This document shows, piece by piece, positions 28,160 through 40,527 of a stretch of 64,000 nucleotides of DNA (positions within the stretch are counted from its first letter, which is position 1; the number at the start of each line of letters is the position of its first letter). Location of the stretch: assembly GCA_951406725.2 (NCBI GenBank), contig OX597838.1, forward strand, positions 29,574,001 through 29,638,000, given 5' to 3'. The translations under genes and the position numbers were made by a program. The notes below the pieces were generated by a model, which was not told where the DNA came from, made no database searches, and worked only from the letters and a program-made list of their open reading frames with translations. The stretch is from Octopus vulgaris (Eukaryota).

Positions 28160-29027
28160 GTAAGTAAAACCGGTGTAAATTTTTACTAAGTCCACCCTTA
28201 AAAAACTTATTGGCAAACTAACAGCTCCTTCCTTTATTTTTTTCCCTAGTTTTTCTTCTATAGGTGGGAAACCTTATATATTATCCAACGACTGATAAAT
28301 GTATATATGAGTTTGTTGCATATTTTCATTTAGCTTCCCCTGCAGTACCACCGCCTCCACCATCGAAGGTTATCGTGGATTCAACTAAGGATTGAAACCG
28401 GGTTGTGGGGTTTGATCTATCGGTCATTTAAAACTACATGCAATAGCAAGAAACCACGGAGCAGCTTCTACATGGTCCCTCCACGTGTTAGAAATAACCC
28501 CCAATTTGTCCTTAAAACATATTCTAACTGTTTCGGAAGAACGAAAGAAAAACAACACATTGGTCTATATTGTCCTGGGTACACAACTATTGTAGAAAAG
28601 ACGGGATGGTCACGGCTGGAATGCCTTTTGTAATACATAGATCTGCTCGATCAGGACTAACCGAGGGACTAAATATCAACAGCTGAAACGTAACAGCAGC
28701 CAGATCTCTCTCAAAAATTACACATTGTTTTTAAAAAATACATTACGCGCACATGTGTATACACACACATCTTAATTAACATGCAATTTAATTACTAATT
28801 TTATCAATACTGATCAACAGATCGTCATTTAAATGATTACCTTATATCTTATCTATTTGTGTGTATGTGTTGTCCTTTTTGAAAGGCAGAGGTTACGTGG
28901 TGACTCGAGGACCGAGAGTTTTTGTGTATGACATTCATGGAACTAGTTTCAAATTTATTGTAGTGAAGTCAGTTTGATGCCGCACACGAGACACTTGGCC
29001 CCTGAGTCCCGATTACAAGTACCCCTG

Positions 29028-29066
<39 letters not shown>

Positions 29067-32000
29067 TGCATGATATTTGAGCGTTAAGTTTTCCTCGTCT
29101 AATCACGTGTGTCGTTGTTATTTAACACTAGGCAAGTCCTTTCCGAGCAGACGTTTAATAATCGAAGACGCTACAGCCGTTATAATCCCTTTTATTTTAC
29201 CTATTTCTTTATTACCCACAAGGGGCTAAACACAGAGCGGACAAACAAGGACAGACATAGGTATTAAGTCGATTACATCGACCCCAGTGCGTAACTGGTA
29301 CTTAATTTATCGACCCCGAAAGGATGAAAGGCAAAGTCGACCTCGGCGGAATTTGAACTCACAACGAAATACCGCTAAGCATTTCGCCCGGTGTGCTAAC
29401 GTTTCGGCCCTTTTATTTTACCACCACCCTACACACACACACACACACACACACACAACATAATTATGACTATCTTATCCGATATATTATTTTTTATTCA
29501 TTGAAAGACATGTTGTGATTTATTGGTGGGGGAGGTTTTGGCTGCTACATCTAGCAAATCGGGTAACCATACAGAGGTTCCCTCGTTATTTCGCGCTTCG
29601 AAATGTGTAGAAAGAAGACTCGTCCGTTAACAGTTTGTGTTTTGATAAAAATACATTCTGATCAACAAGTGTATGTGAGTAAGTGCGCGTGTGTATGTGT
29701 ATGTTAGTGCACGTGCAGGCAACTTCAGCAGCGTAGTCAAATGACCTCTACGGAAACAGCCCCCAATTCCGAGGTCAATTAAGGATTGTGTTGTTTACGT
29801 TACAGATTATAGCACGATGGGGTTAGGAGGAGTGGGGATATATTATTAATTTCAGTTTAATCTCTGGAGGGAAAATCGTTTGGTTATTAAACTGGAATGA
29901 TGGCTGTGGTGATTACACGGTTTGTTATAGTAGTAGTAGTAGTAGCAGCAGTAGTAGTAGTAGTAGTAGTAGTTGAAGTAGTAGTAGTAGTAGTAGCAGT
30001 AGTTGAAGTAGTAGTAGTAGTAGTAGTTGCAGCAGCAGCATCTACAGCAGTAGTATTAGTCAAAGTTCCCTAGCTCTGGGTTTCCCAGGGGACCTTGAGG
30101 AATGAAAAGAAAAGTGGGACAGTCAGGTCATCGTGTTTAGTAATGATGGTTTCAAAATTTGGCACAAGGCCAGCAGATTTGGGGGAGGGGCTGAATCGAT
30201 TAGATCAACTCCCCCTCCTGTGTTCAAACTGGTACTTATTTTATCAACCCTGAAAGAATGAAAGTCGACTTCAGTGGAATTTGAACTCAGAACGTTTGGG
30301 CAAATGAAACGCTACTAAGCATTTTGCTCATTGTACTAACGATATTGCCAGGTAGCTAGCAGCCTTAGAATGGATGAAAGGCAAAGTCTACCCCAACAGA
30401 ATTTGAACTCAGAACATAAAAATGGACAAAATGTTGCTAAGCATCTTTGTCCATTGTGCTAACCTTTTTGTTACCAACCCGGCTGAAACCGGCTCTGGCT
30501 CTGTAGTACAAATATCTTGTTTTCATAAGTTTCATCATGTTTATAATATTAACCCTTTCGATACCAACTTGGCTGAAACTGGCTCTGGCTCTGAGTACAA
30601 ATGTCTTGTTTTCATAAGTTTTAAATTAAAATCTTCCACCAAACCTTAGTCACAATTAATATTCCTAACACTAGCTGAATGATAACTAAGTTATTTTACT
30701 AAATTCTTTGTTATATTTAAAATTAATTGAAAGAAATGCAGAGCATCTCAACAGAAATATGGTAACAAAATGGTTAAGGCATTAACCCTTTTGATACCAA
30801 CCCGGCCGAAACCAGCTCTGGCTCTAAGTACAAATGTCTTGTTTTCAAAAGTTCTGAATTAAAATCTTCCACCAAACCTCAGACAGAATTTATGTTCCTA
30901 CCACTAGCTTAATGATAACTAAGTTATTTTACTAAATTCTTTGTTATATTTAAAGTAATTGAAAGAAACACAGAGCATCTCCACAGAAATATGGTAAGAA
31001 AAGGGTTAAAATATATAATAGAGAAACAATTCTTAACCCTTTTGATACCAACCTGGCTGAAACCAGCTCTGGCTCTGAGTACAAATGTCTTGTTTTCATA
31101 AGTTTTAAATTAAAATCTTCCACCAAACCTTTGTCACAATATATGTTCCTAACACTAGCTTAATGATAACAAAGTTATTTTACTAAATTCTTTGTTATAT
31201 TTAAAATTAATTCAAAGAAATACAGAGCATCTCAACAGAAATATGGTAACAAAATGGTTAAGGCATTAACCTTTTTGATACCAAACCAGCCAAAAGTTCT
31301 GAATTAAAATCTTCCACCAAACCTTAGTCACAATTTATGTTACTAGCACTAGCTTAATGATAACTAAGTTATTTTACTAAATTCTTTGTTATATTTAAAA
31401 TTAATTGAAAGAAACACAGAACATCTCAAAATAAATACAGTAATGAAAGGGTTAAAATGGTTTTTAGAAAGTTATCTTGAAACTTATGCAGCACCATGGC
31501 AGAGAATGAAAAAATTATTCAGAGACAAAGATGGAAACACTTTTTTGCAGTTTTGAGATGACATTACAGACTGATGTGGGCACATCAACGGTGAGGTCAT
31601 GAATGGCTTCTGATAAGCCATTAGAGTGATTGATTGATCATGCAATTTAATCAAACAATCAATTAGTGAACTAGTTAATTAGTTAACCCTTTCATTAACA
31701 TATTTCTGTTGAATTACACTGATTTTGTTTTAATTAATTTGGAAAATAACGAAGAATTTCGTAAAATAACTTTGTCATTATTAAGTGGGTGTTTCAAACA
31801 TATATTAATTAATTAATTAACATGAAATTTTGATGAACTGTTTTAATTTAGATCACTTTAAAACAAGGAATTTGTATCATAGATAAATGGATAGTCCAGC
31901 ATGGCCATGGTCCGGTAATGGAAACCAATAAAAACCCAGTGTATCTAAGATTATATTAATGTCATCATCATCATTTAACATCTGCTATCCATGGAGGTGC

Positions 32001-35000
32001 ATGGCATAGTGGTTAGAGTGTCAGCATCATGATTGTATGATTGTGGTTTCGATTCCTGGACTGGGCGACGCGTTATGTTCTTGAGCAAAGCACTTCACTT
32101 CACGTTGCTCCAGTCCACTCAGCTGGCAAAAATGAGTAACACTGTGATGGACTGGCGTCCCGTCCCGCTGGGGAACACATACGCCATTGAAACCAGGAAT
32201 CCAGGCCCATGGGCCTGGCTAGGATTTAAAAGGGTGCATTTATTTATTTTTTTTATCCATGCTGGCATGGGTTAGATGGTTTGACAAGCATTGGTGAGCT
32301 GGAGAGCTGCACCAGGTTCCAGTTTGATTTGGTTTGGTTTCTACAGCTGGGTGCCCTTCCTAACACCAACCACTCCGAGAGTGTAATCAGTGATTTTTAC
32401 ATGACACTAGTAGCAGCTAGGACTATGTTTTATTGGATGCCGTTTACATGACACTGGCAATGGTCATGAATACAGTTTCACTTGGCTTGACAAGTCTTCT
32501 CAAGCACATCACATCGCCAAAGTCTCAGTCACTTGTCATTGCCTCCGTGAGGCCCAACATTCAAAAATCATACTACAATTACAATTTCACAAATACCATT
32601 TATATGACACTAATAACAGCCATGACCATGGTTTCACTTGGCTTGACGAATCTTCTCAAGCACAGCATAGCGCCAAATGTCTCAGTCACTAGGCACCACC
32701 TCCGTGAAACCCAACATTCAAAGATCATGCTTCACAACCTTGTCCCATATCTAAGATTATATTAACCGATGTGTCTGTCTTTCTTTAACCTTTTCAATAC
32801 CAACCCGGCTGAAACCAGCTCTGGCTCTGTAGTACAAATGTCTTGTTTTCATAAGTTTCATCATGTTTATAATATTAACCCTTTTGATACCAACCTGGCT
32901 GAGACCAGCTCTGACTCTGAGTACAAATGTCTTGTTTTCATAAGTTTTAAATTAAAATCTTCCACCAAACCTTAGTCACAATTTATGTTCCTAACACCAG
33001 CTTAATGATAACTAAGTTATTTTACTAAATTCTTTGTTATATTTAAAATTAATCGAAAGAAACACAGAGCATCTCAACAGATATATGGTAACAAAAGGGT
33101 TAAAATATATAATAGAGGAACAATTCTTAACCCTTTCGATACCAACCCGGCTGAAACTGGCTCTGGCTCTGAGTACAAATGTCTTGTTTTCATAAGTTTT
33201 AAATTAAAATCTTCCACCAAACCTTAGTCACAATTTATGTTCCTAACACTAGCTTAATGATAACTAAGTTATTTTACTAAATTCTTAGTTATATTTAAAA
33301 TTAATTGAAAAAAAAAACACAGAGCATCTTGACAAAAACATGGGAACAGAATGGTTAAGGCATTAACCCTTTTGATACCGACTTGGCTGAAACCACCTGT
33401 GGCTCTGTAGAACAAATGTCTTGTTTTCATAAGTTTTGAACTAAAATCTTCCACCAAACCTTAGTAACAATTTATTTTACTAGCACTAGCTTAATGATAA
33501 CTAAGTTATTTTACTAAATTCTTAGTTGTATTTAAAATTAATTGGAAAAAAAAGCACAGAGCATCTCAACAGAAATACGGTAGCAAAATGGTTGAGAGTT
33601 AGCCACATTTAGGTGGCAGATATACTTCACCTGTTTATACCTCGCTCAGAGATATATTATTGCTTCTTCAGGTTGTATTTACTTTTGGTATACAAGAAAT
33701 TATGTTTGTATTTATGTCTGCTTAGCATTGATCCATACAATTGTATATTCCCAAATTATTCTATAATTGGTCCCTTTCTGGTTGCAGGTATGGTAAAGGA
33801 TTTGGTCTGGTGGACAGAATTGTATCGGAAGACAGTATTTTCAATCAACCCAGTAGTGTCTTTGCAATGGCCTTTTATATGATGCAGATCTTTATGAGTG
33901 AGTAGAGTGGTTAGACTTGCTTAAGAAGAATATTCAATGTACTCCATGGTACTGCTTCTCATTTCACTGCCTCTTTTCTCATTGTGTGTATGTGCATGAG
34001 TGTGTGTGTGTGTGTATGTGTGCGTGTGTGTGCGCATGAAGGTGTGAATGTGTGTGTATATGTGTGTGTGTATGTATATATGTGTCTTCTCTCTCTTATT
34101 CATTTATTCTAATTTTCTCATTCATTCCTCCTAACTTATTCTTCCTCTTTCATTCATTCTATCTCATTCTCTCTCTCATTCCTTCATTCTGTTTCATTCT
34201 CTCTCTTATTCATTCATTCTATTATTTTCTCTCATCCATTCTGCCTAACTTATTCTTCCTCTCTCTCTCTCTTTCCATTCATTCTATCTCATTTTCTCTC
34301 ATTCATTCCAGCTAACTTATTCTTCCTCTCTCTCTTTTCATTCATTGATTCTATTTCATTCTCTCTTATTCATTCATTCTTTCTCATTCTCTTTCATTCC
34401 TTACTCCTAACTTATTCTCCTTCTCTTTCATTTATTCTCATTCTCTCTCTTATTCATTCATTCTATTATTTCCTGTCATTCATTCTGCCTAACTTATTCT
34501 TCCTCTCTCTTTTCATTCATTCTGTCTTATTCTTTCCGTTTTCATTCATTGATTCTATCTCTTTCTTTCTCTTTCATTCCTTCCTCCTAACTTATTCTCT
34601 TTCATTCATTCTCATTCTCTCTTTCTTATTTATTCATTCTAATTCATTCTCCTTCTCTTTCATTCCTTCCTCCTAACTTATTCTCCCTCTCTTTCATTCA
34701 TTCTCATTCTCTCTTTCTTACTTATTCATTCTCATTCTTTCTTATTCATTCATTCTTTCTCATTCTCTTTCATTCCTTCCTCCTAACTTATTCTCCCTCT
34801 CTTTCATTCATTCTCATTCTCTCTTTCTTATTCATTCATTCTCATTCTCTCTTTCTTATTCGCTCATTCTCATTCTCTCTTTCTTATTCACTCGTTCTCT
34901 CTTTCATTCATTCTCATTGTCTCTTTCTTATTCACTCATTCTCATTCTCTCTTTCATTCATTCTCATTCTCTCTTTCTTATTCACTCATTCTCTCTTTCA

Positions 35001-35357
35001 TTCATTCTCATTGTCTCTTTCTTATTCACTCATTCTCATTCTCTCTTTCATTCATTCTCATTCTCTCTTCCTTATTCACTCATTCTCATTCATTCATTCT
35101 CATTCTCTCTTTCTTATCCATTCATTCTCTCTCTCTTTCTTGCAGCCATCACCAAATCGGACGACGCCATTGCTATGCAAAGCCTTGTTTCTCTTGTGGC
35201 AAACTTTAGCTCTCTCTACTTCTTCTACGTGCTTTATAGTCTTCAGAACTTTTGCCTCATTTGCGTAACACTTTACATAATCAATGCTTTGATTCTCGTT
35301 TGCGTGCTGCTTCGGTTAATCACTCTCCATAAACAGACACTGAAGAAGACCCACTAA
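27978..35357 (+). CDS. VKORC1: Vitamin K epoxide reductase (VKORC1/VKORC1L1 family), 3 exons: join(27978..28159,33788..33897,35146..35357), 167 aa
   Basis: The spliced translation is MAVSII...YAFHV...YEPLCDFSPTMNCSQIFTSR|YGKGFGLVDRIVSEDSIFNQPSSVF...|...QNFCLICVTLYIIN...KKTH. It has the loop cysteines (C46/C54, equivalent to human C43/C51), the GxGFG motif, the CxxC active site and a C-terminal KKxx ER-retrieval signal. Junctions are GT-AG and in phase (182+110+212=504 nt), and intron positions match vertebrate VKORC1 as I recall them. Confidence 0.95.
30460..31455 (+). mobile_element. piggyBac-like MITE array in VKORC1 intron 1
   Basis: One truncated unit plus four units of ttaaccctt..gataccaacccggctgaaacc...aagggttaa. 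Confidence 0.85.
32785..33594 (+). mobile_element. piggyBac-like MITE array in VKORC1 intron 1
   Basis: The same truncated first unit plus three full units. Confidence 0.85.
33788..33897 (+). CDS. VKORC1: VKORC1-like coding exon 2 (110 nt)
   Basis: ccctttctggttgcag|G TAT GGT AAA GGA TTT GGT ... ATG A|gtgagt; encodes YGKGFGLV..NQPSSVF..FY..Q. Confidence 0.95.
34085..35143 (+). repeat. Pyrimidine-rich (TTCATTCT/CTCT)n low-complexity tract filling most of VKORC1 intron 2
   Basis: Read directly from the sequence; includes repeated cctaacttattc units. Confidence 0.9.
35146..35357 (+). CDS. VKORC1: VKORC1-like coding exon 3 (CLIC active site, KKTH end)
   Basis: ctttcttgcag|CC ATC ACC...; CxxC at 35253-35264, followed by VTLYIIN; TAA at 35355-35357. 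Confidence 0.95.
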
Positions 35358-35790
35358 TCCACAGGTGGATTATGCAAGCTGGATTAAACAGGTGGATTAA
35401 GCAAAAGGAAGTGGTAAACAGAAAGAAAAAAAATTAACAACAAAGAGGCTAAGAAGCAAATGAAGGCATTAATGAACAAATGAAGGGACTAATGAATTAA
35501 CGAATGCATTAACGAACAAAATGAATTAACACGTTAATGAAATAATAAATGAATGAATGACGGTGTTAAAGAACAAGTGGAAATATTAATGAGCCAAGTA
35601 GGGTATTAATTAATGAGAAAAGGTATTTTTTAAAAAAATAGAAATTTTTTTTAAATAATAAAAGAAAAAAAATCACAAAAATCAAAATTTGGAAAATTTT
35701 GCTAAAAGAAAAAAAATATTACAGAAGAAACTCTGAATAGGAAACCAAATAATTTTGGCAGATTTGAAAGTAGGAAAATTTAATATTCTA

Positions 35791-36327
35791 AGAAAAAAAA
35801 TTATAATAAAGGAAAAAAAAATGAATTGGAGAAATTTCTAAAAAGGAAAACAAAATTTTAAAAACTACAAAAAAAAATGAAAAAAAATTTAAAGAAATTT
35901 GAGAAAAGGAGAAATATAAGAAAAAAATAGATATATATAAAAAAGGAAAATATTAAACGGAAAAAAGAAAAAAATTATAATAAAGAACAAAAATGAATTG
36001 GAGAAATTTCTAAAAAGGAAAAAATTTTAAAAACTACAAAAAAAAAAAAGAAAAAAATTTAAAGAAATTTGAGAAAAGGAGAAATATAAGAACAAAATAG
36101 ACATATATAAAAAAGGAAAATATTAAACGGAAAAAAGAAAAAAATTATAATAAAGAACAAAAATGAATTGGAGAAATTTCTAAAAAGGAAAAAATTTTAA
36201 AAACTACAAAAAAAAAAAAAAGAAAAAAATTTAAAGAAATTTGAGAAAAGGAGAAATATAAGAACAAAATAGACATATATAAAAAAGGAAAATATTAAAC
36301 GGAAAAAAGAAAAAAATTATAATAAAG
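35791..36327 (+). repeat. A-rich tandem repeat, ~172 bp x3, downstream of the VKORC1 stop
   Basis: atgaattggagaaatttctaaaaagg recurs at ~35821, 35993 and 36164. Confidence 0.85.
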
Positions 36328-36544
36328 ACTTGTAGTGATTCTATCCAAATTCCAAGAATGTTGGCAGCAATAGTTACTGGTATTGATTTCTTATAGCTGC
36401 GGTCATCTTATATGCGTCTGTGAGGGTTAGGGTAAAAGGTGTGATAGGCTGGTATGTAAAATAGAATTGCCAGAAGGAAATGATCAAAAGCAATTTGTCG
36501 TGAGTAAATTTGGAAACTGTGTTGAATCTCGTTGTATATATATA

Positions 36545-36915
36545 ATAATAAATAATGAAATTATTGTATACAGTGCTCAGGTGCACCACAACTTGTCAGA
36601 AAGTGCGTATAAAGCATATGCAGTAATGTACAAATGTCAGGAAAGCGAACAATGTATGAGTCAGATACATGCTTGTGTGTGTGTATGGAGGGGAGAAAAT
36701 CAGGTGTAGTGTTGGCGAATCTCTGGAAGCATGGAAATTTTGAAGGATGCAGTGCTCCGACAACTGACGACTGATGCCGGCAGTTTGTTCTATGCTTCAG
36801 CAACTCTCAGCGTGAAGAAATGTTTCTGAAAGTCATGGGAGCTGTGCTGTTTTCTGACTTTGTAAATATGTCCACGGGTGTTAGACGGGTGGAGTTTGAA
36901 AAGGTGCTTAGAGTT
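36545..36915 (-). mobile_element. 3' end of a CR1/L2-like LINE with (ATT)n tail
   Basis: TRGHIYKV...KHFFTLRVAEA*NKLP. A very short 3' copy of the same element is at ~27148-27215(+), nested in a SINE. Confidence 0.75.
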
Positions 36916-39135
36916 ATTATATATATATATATATGTGTGTGTGTGATCACCATAAACTTTAAGCTTATATAAAAATACTATTATTATTATTTACAGGATT
37001 GTAAAACATGGCGCCATATAAAAAAAAGCCATTCCCACCGAAAGCATATAGAAAGTTTGTTTACTTAGAACAAATACAAACTAATATCATTCTTAAATTT
37101 GACAGAAACGGGGAGGCTAATTTACTGGAGTAAAGGTAACACACTCAGTCACGTTAACAAAGGGATGTGGGTTCGAGTCCCACATGGATAGGAAAGCCTT
37201 CTTTTTTCTGTTGCGGGTTTATATGCCCCTTTATTAGACTATTTTCATTGCACAGTGGTTGCCACAAGCTTTAAGCTTATATAAAAATACCATTATTATA
37301 ATTTACAGGATTGTAAAACATGGCACTGTATATAAAAAAAAAAGCAACATATATTAACAAGGAAGAATAGATTAAGCAACACATTTTATTGCATCTTCTT
37401 ACAATTGTTTCATCGCCATTTTACCACAAAGATCATTGCTGAAATATTCTATAATATCATGGTATTGACTGGATTATGAGGTGATGTTATACAAAGCTAG
37501 TAACAAAATTCCTAGCCTCATTGTAGCTTTTGAATGATGCTACTCTACTGCCTAGGCAAGCAGTCCAACATTCCTGCTTATTGAGAAGCTTGCCCATTGC
37601 AGGGTTGTCCATTTTACAGCTGAGTGGACTGGTGCAATGTGAAATGAAGTGTTTTTCTCAAGAACACAACATGCCACATGTCTGGAAATTGAACCCACTA
37701 TCTAGCAATCATGAGGGCAATAACCTAACCACTAGGCCACATGTGGCCTAGTATATCATATCAGTATTATTTCAGTAATATAGGGGGCCTGTCAATCCTT
37801 CAGGTGTATATACAAATGGTTTGCTAAATTAAAGCTTATCGCTGAATTAAACCACTGTGGGGCATATAGAATACAAGCCTTACGTTGATGGCATTATAAT
37901 CATTTCATTAGCCCATCGCAGTTAAAACAAAAAATAAATTCCATGGCATCGTAAACCACAAATCCAAACTAACCTGTCAAGGTTTAATTTACAAATCGTC
38001 TGTAAGTATACCTGAAGGCTTGATGCTTACCAATATTAGTGAAGTAATACTGATACAATGTATAAGTTCATATATTGTATAATTGGCACTCTATCAGTTG
38101 CGACAACGAGGGTTCCAGTTGATCTAATAAACGGAACAGCCTGCTCGTGAAATTAATGTGCAAGTGGCTGAGCACTCCACAGACACATGTACCCCTTAAT
38201 ACAGTTCTCAGGGAGATTCAGCGTGACACAGAGTGTGACATGGCTGGCCCTTTGAAATACAAGTACAACAGAAACAGGAAGAAAGAGTGAGAGAAAGTTG
38301 TGGTGAAAGAGTACAGCAGGGTTCGCTACCATCCCCTACTGGAGCCTTAGGTGTTTTAACTCAATAAACACTCACAGCGCCCGGTCTGGGAATTGAAACC
38401 TCGATCCTACGACTGCGAGTCCGCTGCCCTAACAACTAGGCCATTGCGCCTCCACTGTTGTATAATAATATATCAGCAATGATCTGGTAAAATGGTGATG
38501 AAACAATTGTAGTATGATGCAATAAAACATGTTTTTTAATTCATTCTCTTTTGTTTACATGTATATATATATATGTGTGTGTTTATGTATGTATGTGGCT
38601 GTGTGGTTAAGAAGCTTGTTTTGCAACTACATGATCTCAGGTTCAGTCACACAGTGCAGCCCCTTGGACAGGTGTCTTCTTCTAAAGCCCCAGGCCGACC
38701 AAAGCCTTGTGAGTGGATTTGGTTGACAGAAACTGGAAGGAGTGTATCATATATTTGTATACGCAGGGTAGGCAGTTGGTAGTAGTAAAACACAAAAAAA
38801 AATAAGCTAAACATAGGTGCGCGACTGAGTTGAAGGCAGATTTGTTTCTCCTTTTATAGCACGTAAAGAAAATAGTTTTGTAAGAGTGTACACAGCAAGT
38901 GTACTACAGCAGTACTATGCATAACTTAAATACTATGATTGAAAAGCAGGGGTGAATTATGCCTACCTAATCTACAATATATATACATATATATCTATAT
39001 CTATCTATATATCTATATATCTATATATACTTATATATCTATAGATATATATATCTATCTATAAATATATATCTATATATATATATATCTATAAATATAT
39101 ATACATATATATATCTATACATATATATATCTAGC

Positions 39136-39183
<48 letters not shown>

Positions 39184-39238
39184 CTATATATATATAGCTA
39201 TTATATATATATATATATCTAGCTATTATATATATATA

Positions 39239-39273
<35 letters not shown>

Positions 39274-40237
39274 TGCATTTTATGCATAATAATCAGAGAC
39301 ACCTTCATAATTTTATTGAATTAGGTGCATATTTTGCCATAAAAGGAAAATGTTGCTATCGATCTATTTTATCCAAGGTGGACATTGCCTACCTTGCCTA
39401 CCCAGGCAGCACATCCTTGGTGTATACGTATATAGATATATATATATGTGTGTATGTACCCTTATGTTGACACGAAAAGATTGTAAATGAGTATCATCAT
39501 CATCATCATCATCATAAATGTTTGTTTTTCAGTCTTCCATGGGGAAAGATTATTGCCTTGTTTGGAAGCCGGTGAGGGCTGGCGACAGGAAGGCCCTCTG
39601 GCTGGAGAAAATCTGCCTCAACAAATTCCATCTGACCCATGCGAGCATGGAAAAGTGGACGTAAAAAAGATGGCAAGGATGATGAAGATGCTGATGGGGA
39701 TGATGATGATGATGGGAATGACACTGAGGAAAGTGATGACAATGGTCTATACGTTTGTATATATGTGTATGCATCTTCGAGTTTGTCATCTCTGCACCAT
39801 TTGATAACCGCTGTCGGTTTGTTTATGTCCCCGTAACTCAGTCTTTCAGCAAAAGGAACCAATAGAATAAATAACTGGCATAAAAAAAATCAATTATTGG
39901 GGGTAGATTTGTTTGAATAACCCAACAAGATGGTGCCCCAGCATGGCCACAGTCCAATGATCGAAACAAGTAAGAGAACAAGAAAGACATCCATTCCAAG
40001 AATTTAATTTGTTAAAAACCGTTTTTTTCTAATTTACCCGGTTTTTTACATTGTACTTTTTTTTCTATGTTTTTGTTAGTTTTTTTTTTTTTTTTTTTAG
40101 AAAATAAAAAAAAAATCTGTTCCGAATTTCTTTCTTGAATGTCTGTTATTCCATGTAAATGTATCTTGGACAGGGATGTATTTCAGGGAGAGCTATATGG
40201 CTGAATGCTCTTCCAGTCACCAACCCCTGTCTGTATA

Positions 40238-40527
40238 TCTTTATATATAAAAGTGAGGTTGTGTGCTGTCTGTCTCCTACGATTTAGATTCCTAACTACT
40301 CCCACATTTTGCGGTGCAGTTTAACCAAACCCGGGTATCTTATAGTCGTGATTCATATCGAGCCCTTCTGGGTATTAGTGCGCGTCTACGATTTTAAAAA
40401 AAAAACCCATCATTTTTCCCCATTTTTAATGCATTTTTTTGCTATTATATAAGGGAAGTAACTCTCTAAAAATGCTTATATAGTTATTTCCCTTACAAAC
40501 CTGAGCAACGCCGGGCGATACTGCTAG
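40238..40527 (+). mobile_element. Non-autonomous Helitron (same family as 21262-21660)
   Basis: A|TCTTTATATATAAAAGTGAGG...CCTGAGCAACGCCGGGCGATACTGCTAG|T. Confidence 0.85.

Noticed and set aside
34917-35145. N-terminal extension of ORF 34917-35357
   Set aside because: It is intronic low-complexity sequence upstream of the true acceptor at 35144-35145.
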